DNA of 64,000 nucleotides from Perkinsus olseni (Eukaryota): NCBI GenBank assembly GCA_013115125.1, contig JABANN010000113.1, positions 1 to 64,000 of the forward strand, read 5' to 3'. Shown piece by piece: positions 46,901 to 58,479 of this stretch (position 1 is its first letter; each line of letters starts with the position of its first letter). The notes under the pieces were generated by a model. It saw only the letters and a program-made list of their open reading frames with translations, ran no database searches and was not told where the DNA came from. The position numbers and the translations under genes were made by a program.

Positions 46901-49900
46901 CATTAACTCGGTTATTCAGACTTGATTTCTTTTGAATCAGGTAGAACCGGACAAAGAGGATGAATTCGCAGATGAAGGACCCTCGCCGGATGACGCGCTA
47001 GCCGTGGATGGTAAGCGTGGCCGCTAGTGCACCTGTTCGGCTTAGGAGACACTTGTGTTGTCGTGGCTGTGTGGTCTAGTGGTATGATTCTCGCTTTGGG
47101 TGCGAGAGGTCCCGAGTTCGATTCTCGGCTCAGCCCTTTTGATTACTTGGCCGTTGCCGATCAGGTCGAAGCCGAGCCGATGGCCTGGTAGAGGAACCAA
47201 ATGAACCGCTTCCAAGTAAGTCAACGCGCCTATTCTCTACTGTTGCTCTACTTTCTTAGAGAATGATGGAGCTGCTGGAGGGCGCACGAAGGCAGTTGCG
47301 GCCGATTTCGTCAGCAGCCTGGGTGGCAGCGTGGATGAGCTCATGACAGCCGGCATTGAGATCGACGAGGATGCCGACTTTGAAGACTTGCTCGTCGAGC
47401 AGGACGAGGAGCTGCAGGTGTCCATCGTGGCCCTTCTGCAAGGGGCGTGGGAGGCCACAGGGGATATGTCGTTCAACGTGCGAGAGCTCAATGTGGAATA
47501 CGAAGGCGACTCGGGAATCCGATTGAGAATATACCGGGCGCATCGAAGGGGCAACCTGGGCCGGGCGGAGTTCCTGTTGAATGACGTGTGGCTGATGGTA
47601 AAGGAAGAAACGAGCTTCTTGCCGCCTCAGGTGGGAATCTTTCATTCTTCCCTGTGCGCACCATCTTTCATTTTCAGTACATTACATGGCAGAGAATAGA
47701 CCAACAGGATTTGTACCTTCCAGAAGTCATGTGCTGGATGAGGCCGGTAGTAGCATTGAGCTTCTGCGAGAGGAACCCTCACGCCAGAACTGTTGCCGCT
47801 CTGCCTCGCTTCAATAGAGTTCGAAAGGACAACGTGACGGCCTGTGAGTGCCTCGTCGGAGCATGCAGCCTCATCGATGATTCATCACGCGTTGGTGGAT
47901 CCCTGTGTCTTGAGATGCTTCCATATTTGTGCGATCGAAATGTAGGTCGCCTGTGCTGAGGAACAGCAGCACGCCCTGCCGTCCCAAGAAGACCCTGCTG
48001 CGCAGCCAAGGTCGACCAGTGCTGATAATATCAATGTTGCGGAGGTTACTCTGCACATTCACTCGATATTGGATCACGTGCTGGTACAGTGTGGACTAGC
48101 ATTGGAGCTAGAAAAAATGGAGGTAGAATCTTGGTACTCTCGCTAATCTTGCATTTTCTCATCGCTGAAGGTGGTCGGGACCATTGGGGTTATCCCCCTG
48201 GCCGTGAACCAGTGTTGAACGTGTTGGCCTCTTCCGATTAGAGTTCAGCTTGTCGTTCTCCGAAAATCTAGTTTTTCTTGCTCATCTTCGACTTTCCTCG
48301 CGCTGAATATACGCAGATAACAGCTATGAGTATCTTATCTTTTGTCATCTGCATGCTCGACCATCGTCTTTCAGGGGGTCTCGATGTCGGTACGCCGAGT
48401 CAACGAAGATTCTCTTCGAGCGAATCTCTGGCGTGCGCAGCCGTTAGTCCGCCGCATGGACGTTAACAACCACTTGGTTCGGAAGCTGGGCCTGCTGATG
48501 AGCGGATCTTTCGAGTTCGCTTCGGGATCGATGAATCTCTTTGAGGTGAGGGCGATCCGTATCGTTAGACTCTTTTCTAGTCGTAAACTTCGAAAAATCA
48601 TCCGCCTTTCTTCGTGTGAGGTGACTCCAAAGGAAGGCGGACGAATTTTCTCGATCACCTGGTTTGACCACCTGGTCCTAGATCACCTCAATGAGGTGGT
48701 CCAGCATCGAGAAGAGATACCGGAGATGGTGCTTCTTTTGATGGTTCTCGTATGGTAGGCTTCCGTAGGGCCGCACTGCGTCTGTTGCATTTTATTATGA
48801 GTGAAACCTCGCGGCGAGAAAATACCTTTTTGCGGTTCACGACCGAAGAATTGCTGACATATATTGATTTTTATCATGCTGAGGGAGCTCTCTTTCGCGT
48901 GCATGGTATTAGGTGGAGGTGGAGGTCTCTGGTTCGATCCCTAGGATGGTAATTTTTCTGTCAGGCATTTGTAACGTTGTTCCAGCCACCGTTAGTCCGG
49001 GAAACGCGTCCTGTTGGTGAGCTGAACCGTTCAAGGGCGAGTACGGGAAGTGATGGCGATGAGTTGGAGAATCTTATGCCTTTCAAGCTGGTAAGCGGTG
49101 AAGTCGGAAGATTTACTATCCCATTCCGTATCATCATAACAATCCTCGCTCTACCTCCTGAACTTTTCACACCTCATCACGAAGGAGGCGTAATAGCCCT
49201 GACTTCCTGCTCTTCGCGTCCTACAATGTGGCCTGAAGCGATCGTAAATTCCCGATACCGATCACTATGCGGCGAGAACGGTGGTCGTCGAACTATCATA
49301 TAATAATTGCGGAGCGAGCGAAGCGAGCGGAGCATATACTGTTACTTCTGCGCTTTTTTGTGCGTTCGTTCGTTCGTTCGTTCGTTCAAATTATTTCTCC
49401 ACGACTATGTCGATTCAACTCGCGAGACACATACCATTCGAAAGCACGCGGTTTGTATATTCTACAACAAAATACAAAATCGCTCTCATCCCCGTTCTAC
49501 CGAGCAAAACCGTCGTGGACCGTTGTAGATGAACCCGTAAAAATCCGGAAAAAAGCCCGGACTGGGGTTCGAACCCGAGACTTTGTGCGGAGCTCCGCTT
49601 TTTTCGTTACGAAGGCCTAGTAATATATTGAGGCCCCTATGCCACACATACAGTCTGTATCGAAAAAAATTCAACCATATGCAAAAAATAAGGCCGCTAT
49701 GCCTCGTAATGACGCGATAATGGCAGCCACAGGTTCGAAGCAGTGATGAAGTATTCCCTCGAGCCCATGGCATAGCGGCCTCATTTTTGCGTGCTGCATT
49801 TTTACGGCACAGCCTGTATCCTTCCCATCTCGAGTATCATACGCCCCGTGAAGTGCAATGGTGGCTCTTCCTTCAGCTGCGCCTTCTGGTGGAACCAGTC

Positions 49901-51538
49901 GCCAACACCGACATATTCACTTGTACGCCCATTGGAGCGATTCTGCAGACGGGAAGGGGCCTGGCTTCAACGGAAATACGTATGTATATGATATCGATTA
50001 TTGGGGCGTGCGCTCCTTCCGCGAGTTTTATCTATCAGGTGATTTCAAACGTGGACCGCGACGGGTGAGATCTTCATTTGATGCGGCTTTCGCATCGGTA
50101 AGAGGAAATTCGTCGACGGAGCGACGCGCGATGGTCCTTCATTTCGTGGAGTACGGCGGCGCGTCATCACGCAGAAGGCGGTCGGCCTCTTTTCGTCTCA
50201 ATTAGTGTCCTCAGGACGGTGAAGACCGACTTATTAAGAACACAGCGCCAAGCTTCGTCGCCTGGAATGCATTTAGTTTGCATTATCAATACCAAAATTG
50301 TGACAATTTTCGAGCTTCTGCCTGTTCGCCATCATCAGTCCGGCTTAGCTTTATCGTAGCTTGAACTCGGAGCAGCATGAGGTCATCGTAGTGAAAGTGG
50401 GAGGAGCAAAAAATATTGTTCGGGTTTTCAGGAGCTAGTTGACAAGAAGAAGTTCCTAACGGCGACCGTGGGTTCAGCGAAGGTTGATCCTCTGAAGTTC
50501 ATGTCTGCGGGTGGCCCACTGGAAGTCTCGCAACCAGCGGGGAGACCGTCGGAATCTCCTCGAAAGAGCGTCTATAGGACAGGCGTTAAGAGGTTGACGT
50601 TCGGGCGGGTAGATCGTGGGTTCGAATCTCGGTGACGGCTTTGAGTAATGTAGTATTCGATATCTTCCTTTTGAACTGAAGGCGGGCGCTCAAGAACCTA
50701 CAGAAAATAGTCAGTTTGCACGTGGCATGGATATCTTCCGTCAAGTCGTACCCGGCTTCCACCATTAGGGGGGCGAATATCACCGAAATTTTTTGTCTCG
50801 AGCTGAGTCATGGTAAAACGGGACGACTGTCCGTGATTGTGTAGGTGCACAATCCACTTCCCCCTTGCGCTAGTAGTGTCTGTTACTACTGTATTCATGA
50901 AAAAATATTCCACAGTGTTCCTACTGTATTTATTAGTAACCCCGCGGCCAGGAGCACGAATGATTTCTTGGAGGTGTGGTACTGTGGTTGTGTAGGGACA
51001 CAATCCACTTGTCTACTACAGTAGCACTAGTAGTTTTACTGTATCCATAGATATCGGGCTTCACTCGGTTCTACTGTAGTTTCATCACTATCCTTATGGT
51101 CAGGTATCACATCACTTGGAAGTCTGTTCGCTATCAACGCTGTTCGCTGACGATATCGTCGAGCAGAATTGCGGTCTGTTGCTCGCCTGCTCGGACGATG
51201 AAGTCAAAGCTAACAAGGTGAGCTCGACGAGGGCCGATCGACTGATCAGTTTATCTTGCTCTCTTGCATTTTCTCAACGCCAGGATTAGCTACGACTTCC
51301 CTGTCAGGGCAACGATGTGTTGCGGCGCCTCGTACACTTCCGTCTCCAGCGCATGGAGGAAGAATCTTCGGCCGGGCGTGCGCTGCACATAGGAGTGTTT
51401 CAAGATGGTGGATTTGCCGGGGTGATCTCGATTGGGACGGAGCGGACGCAGAAGGGGGTGCTCGAGGACAAGTTCGTCGTGAGGCTAGCCGATGCTATAG
51501 CTGGGCCTGGTGATTTGAGTAAATGCAAGGCTTTGTAA
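40947..51538 (+). CDS. NEK-like Ser/Thr protein kinase with long C-terminal extension (many exons; the C-terminal part could be a separate gene)
   Basis: VLGRGCAGTVY, LAMKCI, AFRE|V, VIVMEMVDGFTL, WLSQILVSLVVMHKNRVIHRDLKTDN, KVCDFS, AGTPNYAAPEVL...YDTSCDMWSLGCCLHEM, LLNPNPAKRPTA. Confidence 0.8.
47065..47136 (+). tRNA. tRNA-Pro: tRNA-Pro (anticodon TGG), inside kinase intron 47011-47164
   Basis: GGCTGTGTGGTCTAGTGGTATGATTCTCGCTTTGGGTGCGAGAGGTCCCGAGTTCGATTCTCGGCTCAGCCC folds as a cloverleaf with one acceptor-stem U-U mismatch. A and B boxes present, followed by TTTT. Confidence 0.92.
49300..49621. mobile_element. Putative non-autonomous Helitron/Helentron-like element (intronic)
   Basis: 5' GCGGAGCGAGCGAAGCGAGC, internal (CGTT)n microsatellite, 3' GCGGAGCTCCGC palindrome then ...CTAGT. 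Confidence 0.4.
49629..49783. mobile_element. MITE-like element, ~155 bp
   Basis: 16-bp terminal inverted repeats TGAGGCCCCTATGCCA / TGGCATAGCGGCCTCA (15/16 match); internal partial third copy at ~49691. Confidence 0.6.
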
Positions 51539-52605
51539 GAGTGCAAGATTCTCAGGAGCTGCTACAGTATGTTTGAGAACGAGCCTTTCCCGTTGGGCAC
51601 CTTTGTTGTTTCCTAATCCCGACTGTGAAGATGCGGCGGCGAGACTGAGCAGATTTACGTGTAAGTCGATCGTAGCGGTCGATGGTGGAATGGTGCGCGT
51701 ATTGTCATACTCTTGTGTTCATTCGTTGATAACCTCCATGAGGATCGGCGGTCCTCTCTCGGGTAAATTTTCTCTATGGACTGGGTGGGGCTGTATGGCC
51801 TCCTCTCGGATTAGTCAGACCGGCGACTGTGATGGCGGGTTGATTACGGAATGTCTGGTATCCTGGTGGAGCGGGTGGGATTCAATAGGCTGCGTCTTTC
51901 GTGAGTGAGGAACATACAGACCGAGTTTGACCGAATACATCACTGCAGTCGCCGTTCAGTTAATTGCTGAAATTAGGAGAATTAGCTGAAATTGTGTGTA
52001 TAGTCTTCTGAGGAGAAGGAGGAGCTGCAGGATGGGAGAATAAGATGTTTTACACTTGATGGTCTATTGGCATGAGGTTGATAAAAGATTGGCAATTCCC
52101 AGTATCTCCCTCAGATTCTTCTAAGAGTCCTGGGGTGGTATTCGGCGACCCTACTAGGCCGGCTGAGGAGGGACACTATGATTTACCAGCCATGGCAGCC
52201 CGTATTGGTATGGTTAGGAGTCGGGGTAATTTCACCTTCGGCACTCCGAAATTGACCATGGCCGGCCCGCCCCAAGTAGGTATCTGTTTTGCCGTTCGCC
52301 AGGTTGTGAAGCGGTCGCCGAGATTTCGTCATTCTATGATAGAAAGGTGAAATATAAGAATATAATAGATTTCTAATTGTCTAGTGACAATGTCCATGAT
52401 GAAACTCCTATTTCCACAGCACAGTTGTGATACTCCGATCTACAATTCCGATGATTTTTATCGCTGGAAAGCGCCGCCAACCACGGCGATATTTCTGAAG
52501 CGATCTTCGTGAAGCCCATGGGTCAATTAGCAGAGCCAACTCTTCGGTTTTTCGGCAGTGCCGCACCGGTACAGTACCGGTGTATAGTACCGGCGGTACT
52601 ATCCA

Positions 52606-53307
52606 GCGGGATCGCGAGTGTGCTCATCGTGGAGCGGGACGAGAGCCGCTGGTGGTGCACTGGGACTCATGAACTTACCTTATTATTTCTGTAGTGTTGG
52701 CGACGCTGCGTCGCTGACCTCACGACAGAGTATCCCACCGAGCGCACCGATGCAGAATAGCAAATCATTGGAGACGTGTACTGAGGTCGAAGCAGTATAT
52801 GGAGTTGAGGTGCCGCGATCCAAACCACCAAGATCCCGATATCTACGTTGGTGTGATAAGAAATCCGACCATTCTGCACTCAGTGTGCAGAAGAGAAGGC
52901 ACGTAATCTGCTCACACATACATGGACATAGGAGAGTGATCTTCGTCCAGCAAGAGTCCCCTGGCGAACTATCCTTTCGACCGGCTATGGAACTGCTCAG
53001 CGCGACATTCGGTCGTGATAAGTTCTCTACATTGGAAGTGAGGCTGTATACGACATATATTGTATACAAAACTGGCTTCGGTCTGCTGCATGTGGCCCAG
53101 TACGGTAGATGGCCATCTGGACCCAATTGTGCTACGGAGAAACTTTCGATGTCACAGCGGAAGTTACACCCGCAGTGGAGGAGGGCGAGGGTGTCACCTC
53201 ATGGTACTGGATATCTTGTTCTGCTTTTCCCTGTGGGGGTCGCCCCCTCCACTGGTTTCGTAGCCGCTGGCATCAACACCATCATTACGGAGGCAAAACG
53301 TCAGTGA
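52606..53307 (+). CDS. Possible hypothetical protein
   Basis: 229-aa ORF with internal splice-like signals; no recognisable domain. Confidence 0.3.
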   Translation, partial: AGSRVCSSWSGTRAAGGALGLMNLPYYFCSVGDAASLTSRQSIPPSAPMQNSKSLETCTEVEAVYGVEVPRSKPPRSRYLRWCDKKSDHSALSVQKRRHVICSHIHGHRRVIFVQQESPGELSFRPAMELLSATFGRDKFSTLEVRLYTTYIVYKTGFGLLHVAQYGRWPSGPNCATEKLSMSQRKLHPQWRRARVSPHGTGYLVLLFPVGVAPSTGFVAAGINTIITEAKRQ

Positions 53308-53829
53308 CGTGACGTCACATCATGGTGCGGTATATCTGAATATCTTGTCTCGTTGTGGGTTACGGCCGCTCGGGGAGCTGCGAGGCCTTCCGTTCGGCAC
53401 TATTATGCCTTGAGTTTGAGTTCTCATAGACTCGAATCATCACGGAGTCTCCCGTGTCAATCACGGAAGTCCGCATGTCATGGGCATTCTCTGAAGAGAT
53501 TCCCTCCGGGATTAGTGACTCGTCATGAGTCGCTTTCAACTGGATTTTTCGATTTTTCTGGATTTTTCCAATTTTTTCTTCGATTTCTGAATTTTCCGAG
53601 GAAAAATTCTATCGATGTATGCAGTTCAGTACTGTGCTCGCTATCAGTTGCGCGGCTCGGACCCGCTGGATGGGGCTGCGTTCACTCACGGCGAAGGTTC
53701 ACATGGGCACGGGTTCGATTCCTGGTGGTGGCCTATTAAGTGAGTGACTTCCGAGAAAATCCGAGTTTTGCTGTTTGGGGGCCGTTCGTCGCTGGCCATT
53801 TCATGAAGAGCAAGCATCAAGTTTAGATA

Positions 53830-56800
53830 CCTAGGCTTGAGCGTACCGAGTTTGACCCACTCGTGGCTGGCGCTTCGTGCTGGGCGGAGGAAGAAAATAT
53901 CTGAGGATCTCGAGAAGTAGGTTGTTGCTCGTTTCAAAAGACCAGCTAGTCACCTCCGAGACTAGTGTATTGCGAAGTTCTCTGAGCCTTTTCCTTCTGT
54001 TTCGTGTCCTGTTTCGGGCGGTAGCTCTACGACATGAGCGCCGTCGTAAACCTTTGGGGGCCACCTTAAAGATTTTACTACCTCCCGTATCACAGTATTT
54101 CTGAATCTCGTCAATCTACGCCCGTTTTTGCCGCATTGCTCGGGTATGTCTTTTAGCGGGTGAGCTTCTCTGTCAAACAGTGAGGTTGAAGATACTCGTA
54201 AAGTGATGGTATTTCCCTGTCAGCGAGCTTAGGTATATTATCAAAAGAATCTTTCGGGTGTCACACCAGTGGTGTGACAAACCTTAACCTAGTATCTTCG
54301 TATCGTCATAGTGCTTCACAGCAACCGTTCTGTCAGAACGGTTGCTGTCGCACAAATATCTCACGGATCAGATTCGAGAGCGATCGCCGAATTGAAGAGG
54401 AGACCAACACGGCGTTGGCGATAGAATTTGCGAAGCTCCAGCAGGCCATGGTGGAGACCGAAACTTCCAAGGATGCTCGAGTAGGTCCCGGGTTCGATCC
54501 CAGCATGATCCATATTTGCAAGGATGAGTATTTGCTGGAGTAATGGTCACTTGGAAGGGTGAGGCCTGGTAGAATGGTGGTCGGGAATGGTTTCCCTCCG
54601 ACCTTTCTCTTCGTCATACGACGTCATTCGTGACGTATAAGTCTTATTCCCGGGCGCGAAAAGTCCGATGAGTGTTCATGAGCAGCTGTCAAGTGCCGCT
54701 TTCAGGAGAACGCGGCTGCTCCTGCTGCGGTGTTTGAGAGAAGAAAGAGTTGTGATGAGGACGGTGAGATCCCGGGTTCGAATCTTGGATACTGCTTTCT
54801 CTGCTTTATCGCCATTGGTTAGAAGAATCTGAACGGAATAATGATCTTGAAAACTCTTCTAGTCGCTAGCTGCTGCGATTTGCTTGCTGATGCTCCGGAA
54901 GTGTCTGGGGAAGGGCCGAACTTCGTTGTTGTTTTGGCGGTTGATAGCAGTCCCTTTGCCGAGGAAGCGCCAAAGTAGTGAGATATGACGGTGCTGTTCA
55001 GGCACGGCTAGGGGCATCACCGCGGGTGATCTCAGAGGTGGGAGTGTGTCGCTTCTCCGTTGTCGCTCTCAGCCAACGCAAGATGGGAAGAAGCGTAAAG
55101 TCTGCATGAAATTCTCGTTTGAGCCTAGGACGGTCCTCCCTGCCAGCATCGCGCCAGCTAACTTCGTCGTGGAGCAGAACTTTCGGTAGATCTTTAGCAC
55201 TTCCAACCAAGTGATAAAGGTGATTTATAAATCTATGGACATACAATGGTATTTGAATTTACGACGGGACCATCGGAATCAGAAAATTTCTGTAATTTTC
55301 TACCACCGTCTTCCAACGCGTCTGGCTCGATTAACTCGATACGCTGTTCCTCACTGCTGAGATTAGAGATAACGCAACATGACAACTTGAGCCAAGATGG
55401 CTACGTTAGTAACCGGCCTCTCTCCTAGAACCTCTGATAATAAGTGCCTCTATAGACTTCTGATGACAATAGCTGACGGCAAAACTACATCATCTTGCAC
55501 TCTTGCTATTCCTCTACAATCAGTATATAAATACTCAACACTCACCGAATTCTGTACTGCTTTTCATATCAATTTTCTGCACCTCGCGTTCTTGCCTGAC
55601 CACTCGAATATCAGGACGATCGACGCAAGAGCTGCAGTGTCTGAAGCAAGCATGGTCGCACCGCATGGAGTCGCGGACCTTCACGCAGCAAGCAGACGCC
55701 CTCGAGGAAGCTGCCAGTGAGGGAGCTCGCATGGTTAAGACCACGAGAGCAAAATTAAAACGGGTAGAGAGAATTTTTTTGATGGGAATTTTGAGGGCGG
55801 AATTTTCTGTGATGACATAATTGGATGATCGGTGGCCAGTCCTTTGATGGCTGTCAGATCCGAGAAGAATGTTCAGATCGGGAGATGATTGCGAAACTGG
55901 CTAAGGATGCAGCTACGGCGGCTAAGCGGAAGGATGAGTGAGCTAAAGATACCGATATCTTTGCGCACAGCGAAGATTTCTAGTGTTTCTGGTTGTTTCG
56001 GTCAGTCCGTCATATGGGGCGTTGAAGCAAGCGAAGAGAGAGAGGAGGACGGAGTTTAGAGGCTGCGAACGGGCGAAAGAGGAGACACTGATAGGTGCGT
56101 TTTGTGTGCATTCCTGCTGGTGATACCACTCCATTCGGAAATCCTGGATTGCCATCGGTGAATGAGTGGGCTGTAGTCTACAATGCTCTAGAGGCGAGGT
56201 GCCGGGATAGAACCAGGGACCTTTCGCTTGTTAGAACTGCAGCTAATCGAAAAGGAGGTGGAAGAAAGCAAGGCGAGCATGGAACAGGCGAGGAGTCGAG
56301 CGAAGAAACATATTGAATGCGCTGTAGCGTGTGAGAAGAGCGGAGACCACGCGATCGGCCGAGTGCAGGTTGAGCAGCAGCTTCGAGGGGTGGGTGGGCA
56401 AGTTATCGAAAATGTGCGCTATCTGGTTGCAGTAGTTGTAGTTGTAGTTGTAGTTGTAGAACACAACATGAGTAGATTGGGCTCATAGTGAACGAGACAA
56501 AGCAGATAGGAAGTGGAGTAGTTGAGAGAATGGATTGATAATGCGAAGCTAGTATGAGCACAGCTCCATCGTGTTATGTAGACAGGGCAAATGGAGAAGT
56601 CAAGTTGCTGACAATACTGTGCTTCTCCGCGAAGTTGGTCCTATAGCAGATTTATCGAAGGGTGCGGGCGCTTCCGTCACGCGCCACGAAATTGGTACCG
56701 CTTGGTGTCGTCTCAGGTTTCCGCAGAGCTTGAAGAAGTACTGGGACGGCTGCGTGGCTTGGAGGAAGAGCGAGCAGATTTGCAAGAGGAAATCAACGTA

Positions 56801-58356
56801 AAGGAGCAGCTATTGGGTGAGCGAGTTGCCCCCCTCGCGTGAAAATTTTTTTCGTATTTTCGTGAGATTTTCTGATCAGCAACAGTGAGTTTTTTTTCGG
56901 GGGCCTGGGATTTTTAATAAATGGCAGTGTGGAGTCGAGTATCCCCGCGCTTCTCTTTTTCCCTCTTTTTTTTCGAAAGAGGTTCTGCATCATCTATTTG
57001 AAGGGAATGTAGTTCCCGAGCGCAACAAGGGTAGATTGGACTCATAGACTATGAGCATTATCTCGTCCACTATGAATTATAGAGCAGATAGAAAGTAGCA
57101 TCATTGACAGAATAACTTTTTTCTTGTTTGATGAGGAACCTGGTAAAGACGAGTTGTTATCGGCTCTTCTGTTCCGTTGGTCATAGCGCAACAATGGAAA
57201 GGTGAAGCATAGACTAGTGCTTGGAGTTGATATCAAAGGTTTTTGCGGAGGATGTGATTCGGGAAGTGATTTGGTCGCTGTTAGATCGACTGTCAGCAGA
57301 GATTTCGTCCGTGCCGCCGACCTCTCGGATACGGAGCGTGCATCAAGCTAAGATACGTTTGAATAGGCAGGAAGTGTCAGATGTGAGTATTGGGGAAGCA
57401 TCTTTGAGGTTGACCATGCAAGATACGGAATAGCTCGGGTCGTGGTTGTGTCAGGCGCGTCAGAAGCTTGACGTGATCGACGGGAAGGTGAAAGCGGAGC
57501 AAAAACAGCAAGAGAAGCTCAAGAAGGAGATAAACGAATTTAAAGATACTCTCGAGCTAATCGATAAATTCAGTCACAGGAGGAAGTTCAAAGACAGGTG
57601 GAATTTGCTTTTCGTACAATGAAACGGTTGATCGATTTCGACGATTGGCACTCCTATGACAGTTCTCACAGATCGTAGCGACGCTGCGGTTGCGGTAAAG
57701 CGAGCAACAGCGGTCTGGAATCATCGTCCATTTTGACGCGTTTCAACGTGAACACGTCAAACTAGTTCTTGATTCTACATGGTCACTGAATTAGATACTG
57801 AAATTCTTCCGTCAGTTGGAAGAAATTGTGATCGTCATACGAGTAGTTGGTCCTTTGCAGCCGTGAAAGTTCGGGGTCTTCAGGCTGGAAATAGTGGACA
57901 GACTGAATCGATCCACGGCCTCTCTGAAAGATTTGAACAAAAAGGTCGGCGGAGCGAAGGCGGAGCTCGAGATGATCGATGACATGGCTGTAGGGAGAGA
58001 AATCTACTGGAGCGTATCTTTATCCGTATCTTTCATGAGTGACAAGCTTTCCTAAGACGCCCATAATAAGGAATGAGATAGCTACGTATCTGACTTGCCT
58101 ATCGCTGATGGTACGATTGTCGAAACTTCTCGTTGTATTATTTTGACCGTTACTTTTACTACTACGCGAGCATGCCAGGGCGTCGAGCTTTTCTCACTTT
58201 GGTGTAAGTTTTGTGGAGGTAGAAGTGCTCGTGCTTGGGATTGAACTCGGGTCGTTGGATTGTCAGGCTGAATCGAAGGAGCTCCTCGAGTTGGTCGAAG
58301 AGACTCGCGCTAAGGCGGAGATTTTCATGCTCTATCCCGCATCAGATCGAGCGTAA
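53830..58356 (+). CDS. Multi-exon coiled-coil hypothetical protein; start approximate
   Basis: Glu/Lys/Arg-rich helical exons (FESDRRIEEETNTALAIEFAKLQQAM; ELQLIEKEVEESKASMEQAR; RLEIVDRLNRSTASLKDLNKK) with canonical junctions. Confidence 0.65.
55386..55406 (-). other. Relict spliced leader (Perkinsus-type) heading a decayed retrocopy
   Basis: Minus strand reads ACGTAGCCATCTTGGCTCAAG: 20 contiguous nt identical to the 3' end of the Perkinsus SL ACCGTAGCCATCTTGGCTCAAG. It is followed by TTGTCATG rather than a GT donor. Confidence 0.8.
56419..56566. repeat. Dispersed ~140-bp repeat, copy 3, with expanded (GTAGTT)n
   Basis: Matches 7223-7360; a degenerate fragment also lies near 57030-57100. Confidence 0.9.
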
Positions 58357-58479
58357 GGCCGTTCCGTTCCGATAGCGGGATCTCTGCGTATGTCAGTGAC
58401 GTGAAAAAAATCGTGAAAAAATCGTGAAAAAATTGTAAATTTCCCCACCCAACCAGCCTCAGTACAGCGCTGTGCACTA

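Noticed and set aside
55386-55406. Functional SL RNA gene
   Set aside because: The SL exon is not followed by a GT donor and is not in a tandem array; it fits a retrocopy better.
58108-58203. Signal peptide with in-frame TGA (readthrough or recoding)
   Set aside because: More simply a 60-nt intron (58111-58170) whose pyrimidine-rich tract mimics hydrophobic codons.
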